Origin: an uncultured Lentimicrobiaceae bacterium
GTDB taxonomy: Bacteria > Bacteroidota > Bacteroidia > Bacteroidales > F082
Length of the DNA stretch: 45,213 nucleotides
Direction: 5' to 3'
NCBI GenBank assembly: GCA_964529695.1
Contig: CAZGZO010000002.1
Span: forward strand, 1 to 45,213
In this document: positions 20,672 through 30,079 of the stretch, piece after piece
How the letters are laid out: each line of letters begins with the position of its first letter
Numbering within the stretch: position 1 is the stretch's first letter
Translations under genes and position numbers: made by a program
The notes under the pieces: model-generated
What the model was told of the DNA's origin: nothing
What the model saw: only the letters and a program-made list of their open reading frames with translations
The model's database searches: none

Positions 20672-22291
20672 ATGAAAAAGATGTTGCTTCAAACTAAGTT
20701 TGCGTTGTTGATAGCGTTTATAGTCCTGATAATAATCGGAATTGGGACTTATACCGTGAAACGTCTTCACAGTTTTTTAGATGATTCAACGGTGATGTCA
20801 GACAATCAGCACCAGGAGAATCAGTTGTTTAGTAATGTGCTGATACCTTTTATGAGAGGTGTGGAGAACCCAATTTTGCAAAGTAGTTACAGAACCCTAT
20901 CACCGGAGGAAATTATTATGGCCAGGCAAAAGATTCATGTGATGGCCAGCAAAATTCAAAAGCTTCATAGCCAAGGTGCGTTAGATAAGGATCTGGGGTT
21001 TAAACCTATTGCAGATTCTTTATTCAATGCTTCATTGCATATGCTGACAATGATAGAGACACATAGACACATAAAAAAAGCTGAATATGCTGCATTTGTG
21101 GGCCAAACTCAACATTTGATTCTGGCAATTCAAAACTACTTTAATAGCAATGTAGAAAGTGGTGATAATATGATAAATAAGATGCAGAGGCAATACTATT
21201 CTCTGAGAAAAGATGATATCATAATCGGAGGTGTTGGACTACTCGTTATCATTTTGATATCTGCCATGCTTTTTTGGGGCATAAAAAGGAAATACCAGAT
21301 AGCAATTAGTTCGTTACGCAGTTTAGCAGCGGGCGATTTAACAACCGAGATACCGGAGGTTTCATTTGACGAATTAGGTTTCATTGTCAAAAAAGTCGGG
21401 CAGTTAAGAGATCAGTTGTCAACAACAATCACCAAAGTTTATGAGATGGTTGACAGTCTTGTGATTGCAAGCAGAGATCTGAGTGCTTCTTCGCAAAATA
21501 TTTCACAAGGGGCCTCTGAGCAAGCTACTTCGGCTGAAGAAGTATCCACTTCCATAGAGGAAATGGCCGGAAACATTCATAAAAACAGCGATTATTCTGA
21601 AAAGGCGGCAAAATCATCCTTAAAACTTTCTGATAGTACGAACGAAACAGCCCGTGCTTCACAGGAAGGACAGGAAAAAATAAAGGAAATAGCAAAAAAG
21701 ATTGGTATTATCAATGAAATTGCTTTTCAGACCAATATCCTGTCATTGAATGCTGCTGTGGAAGCTGCAAGAGCCGGTGAACATGGAAAGGGATTTGGTG
21801 TGGTTGCCACTGAAGTGGGCAAATTGGCCGAAAGGAGTAAACAGGCTGCTGCAGAAATTGAGGAACTTGCCAGAACGACAGTTAAGACAATTGTTGATAC
21901 AGGTGTTTTAATGCAACAGATTGCTCCGGAGATAGGATCCACAGCGGAAATGATTCAGACAATTTCTGAAGCCAGTTTGGAACAAAAATTAGGGGCTGAA
22001 CAAATCAGTGAAGCAATTCAGCAGTTAAATGAAATTACCCAGCAAAATGCTGCTGCTTCTGAAGAAATTGCCACCAGTGCGGAGGAACTTAATTCACAAG
22101 CTGATTCCTTGCAGGAAGTTCTCTCATTCTTTAAGACAGAAGTTTCCATGAAAAATAATGGTTCAGAAAGCAAAGAAAGAAATAAAAAGTTGCCTGAATC
22201 CAATTTTCGACCGCGCATTGGAACTTCAAAAGGCGTTAAAATTGATTTGGGAAAAAAGGATGAGCTGGATGATGAATTTGAAAAATTCTAA
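20672..22291 (+). CDS. Methyl-accepting chemotaxis protein (2 TM, periplasmic helical sensor, HAMP, signalling domain)
   Basis: [30 protein letters not shown] hairpin; EE/QQ methylation tracts; C-terminal DDEFEKF tail. Confidence 0.96.
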   Translation: MKKMLLQTKFALLIAFIVLIIIGIGTYTVKRLHSFLDDSTVMSDNQHQENQLFSNVLIPFMRGVENPILQSSYRTLSPEEIIMARQKIHVMASKIQKLHSQGALDKDLGFKPIADSLFNASLHMLTMIETHRHIKKAEYAAFVGQTQHLILAIQNYFNSNVESGDNMINKMQRQYYSLRKDDIIIGGVGLLVIILISAMLFWGIKRKYQIAISSLRSLAAGDLTTEIPEVSFDELGFIVKKVGQLRDQLSTTITKVYEMVDSLVIASRDLSASSQNISQGASEQATSAEEVSTSIEEMAGNIHKNSDYSEKAAKSSLKLSDSTNETARASQEGQEKIKEIAKKIGIINEIAFQTNILSLNAAVEAARAGEHGKGFGVVATEVGKLAERSKQAAAEIEELARTTVKTIVDTGVLMQQIAPEIGSTAEMIQTISEASLEQKLGAEQISEAIQQLNEITQQNAAASEEIATSAEELNSQADSLQEVLSFFKTEVSMKNNGSESKERNKKLPESNFRPRIGTSKGVKIDLGKKDELDDEFEKF

Positions 22292-22356
22292 TTGAGCGAA
22301 ATTTAATTTTTGCCTCTTAAGAACATTATGAGGCTATCGTTTAACCCAAATGGTTC

Positions 22357-23232
22357 GTGGCTATAAATCTATTGGTGAAAGTGGAGAAAGAGAAGGATAA
22401 AAAAAAAGTTTGGGACTTTGGAGATATTCCACAGTCTGATTTTGAAAAGCTTAGCAGGTTTATATATAAAACATCCGGAATTCACATTTCAGAAAAGAAG
22501 AGATACCTGCTCCAAAACAGACTGGTAAAACGTCTCAAAGAACTGAATTTTGATAATTATACTGATTATACCAATTATGTGCTGAAAGATAAAAACAGCA
22601 AGGATGAGGTGATACAGATGATGAATGTTATCTCCACAAATAAGACCGATTTTTTCAGAGAACAAGAGCACTTTGATTTCTTATTCAAACAAGTTTCAGA
22701 GCATTACAAAGAAGAAAATATTTCTGTGTGGAGTGCCGGATGTTCTACAGGCCAGGAAGTATATAGTATCTGTATGATTTTGGAAGAATTGTTAGAAAAA
22801 AATAAGATCTCAGATTATAAAGTTTGGGGCAACGATATTTCCACTTCGGTATTGGAAAAAGCACGGTTGGCAATATATCCCTTCCGGGAAGCAGAGAACA
22901 TTCCGGATAAATTTAGAAAGAAATATGTTTTAAAAAGTAAGTCGTATAAAGATCAGAAGATAAGAATAATCTCTACTCTGAGAGAAAAGTCACGTTTCTT
23001 TTGGATGAATCTAATTGACGATGAGTTTGGTATTTCCGGCAATTTTAACTTTATCTTTTGCAGGAATACATTGATTTATTTTGATAAATATTATCAGGAA
23101 AAGATAGTTTCAAACCTCACCAAATATCTTAAAAAGGGAGGATATCTTTTTATCGGACATTCTGAATCGCTAATCAACATCAAAACCTCAGAACTTAAAT
23201 ATGTTCTTCCGGCGGTCTATCAAAAAATGTAA
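22357..23232 (+). CDS. cheR: Chemotaxis methyltransferase CheR
   Basis: TNKTDFFRE, VWSAGCSTGQEVYS, IFCRNTLIYF, GHSES; start uncertain among several GTG codons. Confidence 0.95.
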   Translation: MAINLLVKVEKEKDKKKVWDFGDIPQSDFEKLSRFIYKTSGIHISEKKRYLLQNRLVKRLKELNFDNYTDYTNYVLKDKNSKDEVIQMMNVISTNKTDFFREQEHFDFLFKQVSEHYKEENISVWSAGCSTGQEVYSICMILEELLEKNKISDYKVWGNDISTSVLEKARLAIYPFREAENIPDKFRKKYVLKSKSYKDQKIRIISTLREKSRFFWMNLIDDEFGISGNFNFIFCRNTLIYFDKYYQEKIVSNLTKYLKKGGYLFIGHSESLINIKTSELKYVLPAVYQKM

Positions 23233-23236
23233 TACT

Positions 23237-24118
23237 ATGGAAAATATTAGTAAAGAGGAGTTTATCGGTTACAAAGAAGAAAATGAAAAATTGAAAAAAG
23301 AAAATGATTCTCTTGGAAAAGAGGTTGAAAGACTGAGTAAGAAATTACTCGAATCAGAATCTTTTAAAAGTCATTTTATCTCTAACGTGACCAATGAAAT
23401 TATCAATCCTTTTTCTTCAGTCATGGGACTTTCAAAAAGTATTATCTCCATGAAGGAAAATGATTTGGATAAGATAAAAGAGATAGCGTCAATGATTTAT
23501 GCAGAATCGTCATTCCTGGATTTTCAGCTTTTAAATATTTTTATGGCAGCAAAACTGGAATCAGGAATTATCGAAACTGAAATTTCGACCTTTGATATTC
23601 GGGAGGTGATTGAGGACGTGATAAAGTATTTTGAACACGAAAGTAAGCGGAATAATATTCATATAAAAATGGTATGCTCTACTGCCAGTGAAGAAAAAAC
23701 TCGGTGGTCTTTTAAAAGCGATATTGAAAAGCTAAGAGCAATTGCTATTAATCTGCTTAGCAATGCGATAAAATTCTCACCAAACGATTCTACCATAGTT
23801 TTTGAACTTATTAAAGCTGAGAAGTCAGTCGTTCTCAATGTAAAGGATGAAGGTAAGGGAATGACAGACGCTGAACTGGAAATTATTTTTGATCGCTTTG
23901 AAAGAGGCAGTAAACAAATTAATTCATTGACACCCGGAAATGGATTGGGCCTTGCCATAGTAGATGGTCTTGTGCAGATGCTGGATGGAAAGATAAAAGT
24001 TGAAAGTAATCCTGACAAAGGAAGCGACTTCCGGGTTGAAATTCCGGAGACCGTTCAAATGGACGATATGATTGATGAAGACGGATTGTTTTTTGACGAA
24101 GGCGATAACCAGTTTTAA
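23237..24118 (+). CDS. Histidine kinase-like protein (coiled coil, HisKA-like, HATPase) with His-to-Asn in the H-box
   Basis: FISNVTNEIINP aligns to FLANMSHEIRTP; intact N (NLLSNAIKFS), G1 (DEGKGM), F and G2 (GNGLGL) boxes; ATG at 23237. Confidence 0.88.
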   Translation: MENISKEEFIGYKEENEKLKKENDSLGKEVERLSKKLLESESFKSHFISNVTNEIINPFSSVMGLSKSIISMKENDLDKIKEIASMIYAESSFLDFQLLNIFMAAKLESGIIETEISTFDIREVIEDVIKYFEHESKRNNIHIKMVCSTASEEKTRWSFKSDIEKLRAIAINLLSNAIKFSPNDSTIVFELIKAEKSVVLNVKDEGKGMTDAELEIIFDRFERGSKQINSLTPGNGLGLAIVDGLVQMLDGKIKVESNPDKGSDFRVEIPETVQMDDMIDEDGLFFDEGDNQF

Positions 24119-24120
24119 AA

Positions 24121-24600
24121 ATGACAGAGCTCAAGCAATATTTTCTTTATCCCGGGACATTGTTTGTGACTAATAAGCCCTATTACATCACCACATTGTT
24201 GGGGTCGTGTGTAGCAGTGTGCTTGTTTGATCAAAGGCTAAAAATCGGAGGTATGAATCATTTTTTGCTTCCGAACTGGGATGGAAAAGGTCTGGCTTCC
24301 CCGAAATACGGAAATATTGCTATTGATCAGTTGATTGAAAAGATGGAAAGATTGGGAAGCCGCAAAAGAGATCTCATTTCAAAAAACTTTGGTGGAGCAA
24401 ATGTGCTTGGGAACAACAGTAATGTTTTCCAAATAGGAGAACGGAATATTAAAATTGCCGGCGATTTGCTGGAGGAACACGGAATTATTATGAAAGCCGC
24501 CAGTACGGGCGGTCTCTTAGGCAGAAAAATTATTTTTAATACCTTTACAGGGGAGGTGAGGATGAAATATATTAGTAAAAATGGTAATGGTGCACACTGA
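24121..24600 (+). CDS. cheD: Chemoreceptor glutamine deamidase CheD
   Basis: TLLGSCVAVC, GGMNHFLLP, KYG, FGGA, IGERN. Confidence 0.95.
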   Translation: MTELKQYFLYPGTLFVTNKPYYITTLLGSCVAVCLFDQRLKIGGMNHFLLPNWDGKGLASPKYGNIAIDQLIEKMERLGSRKRDLISKNFGGANVLGNNSNVFQIGERNIKIAGDLLEEHGIIMKAASTGGLLGRKIIFNTFTGEVRMKYISKNGNGAH

Positions 24601-25693
24601 GTTTCCATATACTGTTTTGGTTGTTGATGATTCCAAAGTAGAAAGGGAGTTCCTTTCGGATATCATTAATTCTGATCCTGAGTTAAGGTTAATTGGGACT
24701 GCTATGGATCCCTTTGAAGCTGTAAAACTGATTAATAAGGAAGCACCGGACGTTATCCTTTTGGACATTGAGATGCCCAAGATGGATGGCTTGACTTTTT
24801 TGAAAAAGATTATGGCTCAACATCCCCTGCCCGTTGTAGTTTTTTCATCAACTCCTGCTAAGAATTTTAAAGTCGTTATAGAAGCATTCCGCCTGGGGGC
24901 AGTAGATGTGATTCAGAAGCCCGTAAATTTTAAAACAGATTCGTTAACCCGGTTAAGCTGGCAACTCAGGGAAGCCATTAAAGGGGCTGCTATTTCACAG
25001 GGCAATCTTAAACTTTACAGAAGTGGGTTCAATAAAAATATAAATCTTGTTGCCAGGGAATCTGTAAATGAGCCAATAAAAGAAAGTGCTTCTTACTCCT
25101 GCAATGCCCATGATTCAATTATCTTTATTGGCGCCTCTGCGGGAGGAGTCCAAACAATTGAATACCTTATCTCAAATCTTTCACCACCTATGCCTCCGGT
25201 TTTGATCTCGCAGCATATGCCTGGAGATTTTACGCGTGCGTACGCAGAAAGATTAAATAATAACTCGGCGCTGGCCGTGAAAGAAGCTGAAAATGGTGAA
25301 TTAGTTAAGGAAAATCATGTTTATATTGCTAACGGGTTTAACCATATGGCGATATCAAAATCTACTTTTCATTATAAAATCAGATTGATAGATAAACAGG
25401 TATCTGTTAGATATAAACCTTCGGTTGATATCCTGTTTCATTCTGCCGCAGAATGTTTAGGCTCTAAGGCGGTTGGAATCATCTTGACAGGGATGGGAAA
25501 CGATGGCACGACGGGTCTTTTGGAAATGAAGCGGCAAGGAGCATTAACCATTGCACAGGATCAAAAGAGTTCACTTGTTTGGGGGATGCCCGGATCGGCT
25601 GTTAAAGCTGATGCGGTCTCAAAAATATACTCCCTTACTCAAATCTTGGATTTACTAATTACTTATAGGCTGGTGAAGGATGTAGAAAAATAA
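24581..25693 (+). CDS. cheB: Chemotaxis methylesterase CheB (REC plus esterase)
   Basis: LLDIEMP receiver; catalytic GASAGG, QHMP and LTGMGNDG; KPSVDILF. Confidence 0.95.
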   Translation: MVMVHTEFPYTVLVVDDSKVEREFLSDIINSDPELRLIGTAMDPFEAVKLINKEAPDVILLDIEMPKMDGLTFLKKIMAQHPLPVVVFSSTPAKNFKVVIEAFRLGAVDVIQKPVNFKTDSLTRLSWQLREAIKGAAISQGNLKLYRSGFNKNINLVARESVNEPIKESASYSCNAHDSIIFIGASAGGVQTIEYLISNLSPPMPPVLISQHMPGDFTRAYAERLNNNSALAVKEAENGELVKENHVYIANGFNHMAISKSTFHYKIRLIDKQVSVRYKPSVDILFHSAAECLGSKAVGIILTGMGNDGTTGLLEMKRQGALTIAQDQKSSLVWGMPGSAVKADAVSKIYSLTQILDLLITYRLVKDVEK

Positions 25694-25715
25694 AATCATA
25701 GATATACAACGCTTT

Positions 25716-27296
25716 ATGTCTAATATGCGAGACAAAATAAGAATTCTTGTTGCAGATGATATCCAGATGAATCTGGATGTTATCACTGCTGTATTGGAAG
25801 GGACCGGTAATTATTTGGTTGTAACGGCAAAGGAAGGCAAAACAGCTGTTCAAAAAGCAAAATCAAACGATTTTGACCTGATCCTTATGGATATAATGAT
25901 GCCGGAAATGGATGGTTTTGATGCGATAAAAGAATTGAAAAGATTTCAAAGTACAAAAGATATCCCGGTTATTTTCCTTACGGCACTTCAAGATAAAGAT
26001 AGTATAAAAAAAGCTTTTCTCTTAGGAGCGGTTGATTATGTATCAAAACCGTTTTCAAAAGAGGAGTTGTTAGCCCGCGTGAGCTTGCACGTTAAACTTA
26101 AACATACAATTGATGATCTGGTAGCAGCCCGGCAAAAAGCTATTGAAGCTACGGAGGCTAAGGCTATGTTTCTTGCAAATATGTCGCACGAAATCCGCAC
26201 CCCTATGAATGGGATAATCGGGATGGTTGATGTTTTAAAAAGAACAGCCCTGACAGATGAACAGAATGATTATTTGTCGATTATTGAATCTTCGGGAGAA
26301 AACTTGTTGTCTATTATCAATGATTTACTGGATTACTCAAAACTTGAAGCTGGAAAAGTGGAAATGGAAAATATCCCTTTCAAGTTGAGTAATGAATTGC
26401 ACAATGTTTCTTCTATGTTAAACATTCTTGCAAAAAAGAAAGCAATTTCGTTGAGCCTCGATTTGGATGAAATGACTCCTGACTTTCTAATGGGAGATCC
26501 GGTAAGACTGAAGCAGGTGATCATCAACCTGGTAAATAACGCAATTAAATTTACAGCCACAGGGGGCGTAACCGTGAAGGTGCAACCTCAAAGAATGAAG
26601 AATAAAAAATTTATTATCCTTCAGTTTGAAGTTGTTGATACTGGAATAGGAATCTCAGATGAAGGTAAAAAAACACTATTTCAATCTTTCTCGCAGGTTG
26701 ACAAATCGACTACCAGAAAGTTCGGTGGTACAGGCCTTGGGTTGGCTATTAGTAAAACGCTAGTGGGAATGATGGGTGGTGAAATTGGTGTGGAAAGTGT
26801 TTTGGGAAAGGGATCAACATTTTGGTTTACTGCTTCCTTTGAAATGACTACGGAAGATGTATACCAATCTTCGGTTAAAAACGAGATTGGAGAGCATACT
26901 GGTAAAACTGAATTTGACAAAAAGCTTAGGATATTGTTGGCGGAAGACAATAAAATTAATCAAAAGGTTGCCTCAACAATCCTGACAAAAATGGGTCATA
27001 CCGTCGAAATTGCAAATGATGGGCAGGAAGCTTTAGACCTTTTCCATAGTTCAGGTTATGACATTATTCTTATGGATATACAGATGCCAGATATGGACGG
27101 CATGGAGGCGACAGTAAAGATTCGGGAATTTGAAAAGGATGGCGGAGTCAAGCGAATTCCTATTATTGCGTTGACTGCCAATGCAATGGAAGCAGACAAG
27201 CAAAAGTATTTAGAAGCTGGTATGGATGATTATGTCAGTAAACCTTTTAAAGCCGAAGAACTAATTCCTTTGTTTCACAAATATGCAGACGACTAA
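25716..27296 (+). CDS. Cytoplasmic hybrid histidine kinase (REC-HisKA-HATPase-REC)
   Basis: LMDIMMP receiver; MSHEIRTPMNG; NAIKFT, DTGIGI, GGTGLGL; C-terminal LMDIQMP...ALTA...SKP. Confidence 0.94.
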   Translation: MSNMRDKIRILVADDIQMNLDVITAVLEGTGNYLVVTAKEGKTAVQKAKSNDFDLILMDIMMPEMDGFDAIKELKRFQSTKDIPVIFLTALQDKDSIKKAFLLGAVDYVSKPFSKEELLARVSLHVKLKHTIDDLVAARQKAIEATEAKAMFLANMSHEIRTPMNGIIGMVDVLKRTALTDEQNDYLSIIESSGENLLSIINDLLDYSKLEAGKVEMENIPFKLSNELHNVSSMLNILAKKKAISLSLDLDEMTPDFLMGDPVRLKQVIINLVNNAIKFTATGGVTVKVQPQRMKNKKFIILQFEVVDTGIGISDEGKKTLFQSFSQVDKSTTRKFGGTGLGLAISKTLVGMMGGEIGVESVLGKGSTFWFTASFEMTTEDVYQSSVKNEIGEHTGKTEFDKKLRILLAEDNKINQKVASTILTKMGHTVEIANDGQEALDLFHSSGYDIILMDIQMPDMDGMEATVKIREFEKDGGVKRIPIIALTANAMEADKQKYLEAGMDDYVSKPFKAEELIPLFHKYADD

Positions 27297-27402
27297 GCGC
27301 GTAAACAATGGATGACTTTTCTTTCGCAGGTATCAAAATGTCGATTTTGTTTAGAGCAAATGAAAGAAAAGTATTTTGTAATTTTCGCCAAAATGGAATA
27401 TT

Positions 27403-27978
27403 ATGGACAGGGAAAAAGCACTACAACTTCTTTTAACGTATAACAAGGATGAATTTCATATCCGCCATGCGTTGACGGTTGAAGCCATTATGGGGTGGTT
27501 CGCCAGGGAATTGGGATTCGATCCTGATTTCTGGTCCATCGCCGGTTTGTTGCATGATCTTGATTTTGAGATGTATCCCGAACAACATTGTATTAAGGCT
27601 GCGGAGATCCTAAAATCAGAAGATTACAGTGAGGATTTAATTCATGCCGTTTGTTCGCACGCTTACAATGTAACGGTAGATATTAAACCTGAACATCTGA
27701 TGGAGAAAGTCCTTTATACCGTGGATGAACTGTCGGGTATTATTTGGGCGGGAGCATTGATGCGTCCATCAAAGAGTGTAGCTGATATGCAGCTAAAAAG
27801 CGTAAAGAAGAAATTCAAAGATAAGAAATTTGCGGCCGGATGTTCGAGAGATATTATACGCGACGGCGCTGAAATGCTGGACTGGGATTTGGATAAAGTT
27901 TTTACCATGACCCTGGAAGCCATGCGTGAAACGGAAGGTAAAATTGATGAACAGATGGAGGAGAAGTTCATAAAATGA
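27403..27978 (+). CDS. HD/HDIG domain metal-dependent hydrolase
   Basis: RHAL...GLLHDLD...QH...SH...VDELSG; RPSKS...KKKFKDKKFAAG. Confidence 0.85.
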   Translation: MDREKALQLLLTYNKDEFHIRHALTVEAIMGWFARELGFDPDFWSIAGLLHDLDFEMYPEQHCIKAAEILKSEDYSEDLIHAVCSHAYNVTVDIKPEHLMEKVLYTVDELSGIIWAGALMRPSKSVADMQLKSVKKKFKDKKFAAGCSRDIIRDGAEMLDWDLDKVFTMTLEAMRETEGKIDEQMEEKFIK

Positions 27979-28051
27979 CTTAAGCTCTAAAAGTTGAAGG
28001 GAGGAGGGCCGGACCCCACCTGCCTTTATGTGAAGATTCAATAATAAATCA

Positions 28052-28843
28052 ATGAAAAAATTAAAACTCTACCAGGTAGATGCTTTTGCCGACCGTTTAT
28101 TCTCGGGAAATCCTGCAGCTGTTTGTGTTTTGGATAAATGGCTGCCGGATGAGACCATGCAATCCATAGCTGCCGAAAATAATCTGGCAGAAACGGCTTT
28201 TATTGTTCCTAAAGGCAACGATTTTGAGATTAGATGGTTTACTCCGGCCGTGGAGGTGGCATTATGCGGGCATGCTACACTGGCAACGGCTTTTGTCCTT
28301 TTTAACTGCTTGAATTATAGTAAGTCTGAAATTGTTTTTTATTCCCTTCACAGCGGTATTCTGAAAGTGACTCGACAAGGTGAGACACTGTTTTTGAATT
28401 TCCCCGCCGACAATCTTGAAAAACAAAATGATTTGCACCAATTGAAAGCTTGTATCGGAGTTGAGCCTCAAGAATTGTACAAAGGGAAAACGGATTTTAT
28501 CGCATTCGTCAACAGTGAAGCAACTTTAAAAAATCTCAAGCTGGATTTTAATGCCATTGCAGGGCTGGATGCCAGGGGGTTGATTGTTACCGCTAAAGGA
28601 AACCATGTTGATTTTGTTTCCAGATTTTTTGGTCCGAATGTTGGCGTTAATGAAGATCCTGTAACCGGCTCTGCGCACACTTCTTTGACACCTCTATGGT
28701 CTGAAAAACTGCGTAAAGAAAAAATGAGTGCCAAACAATTATCAAAACGCGGCGGTAACCTGATCTGCATAAACAACGGTGACAGAGTCCTGATAGGAGG
28801 GAAGGCAAAATTGTATCTGGAAGGGGAAATTTATATCGACTGA
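28052..28843 (+). CDS. PhzF family isomerase/epimerase
   Basis: QVDAF...GNPAAV, ETAF, RWFTP, LCGHATLA, EDPVTGSAH. Confidence 0.93.
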   Translation: MKKLKLYQVDAFADRLFSGNPAAVCVLDKWLPDETMQSIAAENNLAETAFIVPKGNDFEIRWFTPAVEVALCGHATLATAFVLFNCLNYSKSEIVFYSLHSGILKVTRQGETLFLNFPADNLEKQNDLHQLKACIGVEPQELYKGKTDFIAFVNSEATLKNLKLDFNAIAGLDARGLIVTAKGNHVDFVSRFFGPNVGVNEDPVTGSAHTSLTPLWSEKLRKEKMSAKQLSKRGGNLICINNGDRVLIGGKAKLYLEGEIYID

Positions 28844-28981
28844 TTTCATACGCCTAACTCCAATCATTCTATCTTTTTATTATTTCCATCAAAAATATTT
28901 TAACCTGGTTAGCGTCTTTTTTTTGTCGATTAAATCCAATGATTTTTATCATAATTATTTTGATTCTGGCAAGATATTAAT

Positions 28982-28989
28982 TAAATTTG
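28982..28989 (+). promoter_or_regulatory. Bacteroidota -7 promoter box ahead of a long structured leader
   Basis: TAAATTTG matches TAnnTTTG, about 230 nt upstream of the lipoprotein ATG. Confidence 0.45.
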
Positions 28990-29220
28990 TAATTGATAAT
29001 CATGTACTTAATGGGCGATAAGCCTTCTTAGGGTATACAGAGGAAGACTTTTGTGTACTGTAAATTTCAGATCGATTCAAATAAAGTCTTTTCAACAATC
29101 CTCTGATTCCTGAACATGGTTTACGCTCCCTTGTTAAAATAAATTGTCCGCATTTTTACTAAAAAGTTTTCAACTTAACAACTAATCCTTTCTAGAACTA
29201 ACTAATAAACAAAAAAGAAA

Positions 29221-29739
29221 ATGATGAAAAATATCAAACTAGTACAATTAACTGGTCTCGTTGTACTATTCTTTATTGCAATGATGAGTTGTAATCAAGA
29301 ATCCGCAAAATCAAATAAAGATGCCAGCAAAATAATTTATAAAGTAGAACAGGCTTATGAAGATGCATACAATAAGAAAGATGCAACTGCTGTTTCTATG
29401 CTTTATGCTGAGAATGGTTCCGAATTACCTCCGGGAGCCGATATGATTACTGGAAGAGAAAATATAAAGAAACTCTTACAGAATAACTTAGCTCAGGGAG
29501 CTACCAACCTGCAAATAGACCCCATTTCTTTCGAAATTAAGGGAGATCTCGGCTATCAAGTAGGAAAGTTTCAGATTGATGTCCCAACAAAAGAAGGTAA
29601 AATAATGACCGTGAAAGGCAAATATGTATCAATTGTAACCAAAACGACCAAAGGGAATTGGCTTATTAAATACCATATTTTTAATTATGATCCAGTTCCC
29701 GCACCTCCAACTGCCCCAGCCACGAACGACAGTAAATAG
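29221..29739 (+). CDS. Lipoprotein with NTF2/SnoaL-like (DUF4440/YybH) domain
   Basis: Signal peptide ending MMSC; AYNKKDA...LYAENG...PPG...ITGRE...GKYV...GNWLI. Confidence 0.8.
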   Translation: MMKNIKLVQLTGLVVLFFIAMMSCNQESAKSNKDASKIIYKVEQAYEDAYNKKDATAVSMLYAENGSELPPGADMITGRENIKKLLQNNLAQGATNLQIDPISFEIKGDLGYQVGKFQIDVPTKEGKIMTVKGKYVSIVTKTTKGNWLIKYHIFNYDPVPAPPTAPATNDSK

Positions 29740-29855
29740 ATTAAAACAAGTTTTAAACAATTTTTCAAGTGTTGAAGGTGAAGGCAAAACTTCAAAAGTT
29801 GCGGACAACTCATTCTGAAAGAAAGCACTTGTATTGTATAACTGTAGTAACTTGA

Positions 29856-29909
29856 ATTTGGTTCATAAAGATTTGTTTCAGGAATCTTTATGAACCAAAT
29901 ATTTTTTTT
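29856..29909 (+). terminator. Intrinsic terminator
   Basis: Perfect 18-bp stem ATTTGGTTCATAAAGATT (29856-29873) / AATCTTTATGAACCAAAT (29883-29900) followed by A and eight T. Confidence 0.8.
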
Positions 29910-30079
29910 GAAATACCAGAATTTAGTTTTTTATTCAGCATTCCAGGACAAAAAATTAATCGACTTCCATACTCATTAAACAAAAACTTCCCTAAATTTG
30001 ACATTTAACCAAGCCTTTTGTGCACTGGCATAGTGTCTGTCGGGCCATTATTGTCTTTTATCTTAATAAATTAGAACTA

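Noticed and set aside
20672-22291. MCP senses hydroxyproline because it lies near the Hyp operon
   Set aside because: Only proximity supports this; no amino-acid-binding dCache motif is visible in the helical sensor domain.
15082-27296. che cluster as a recent genomic island
   Set aside because: It looks somewhat AT-richer, but no integrase, tRNA or direct repeats bound it, and composition was not computed.
29766-29831. tRNA gene
   Set aside because: Cloverleaf-like, but it has no 7-nt anticodon loop, no GTTCRA T-loop and no CCA end.
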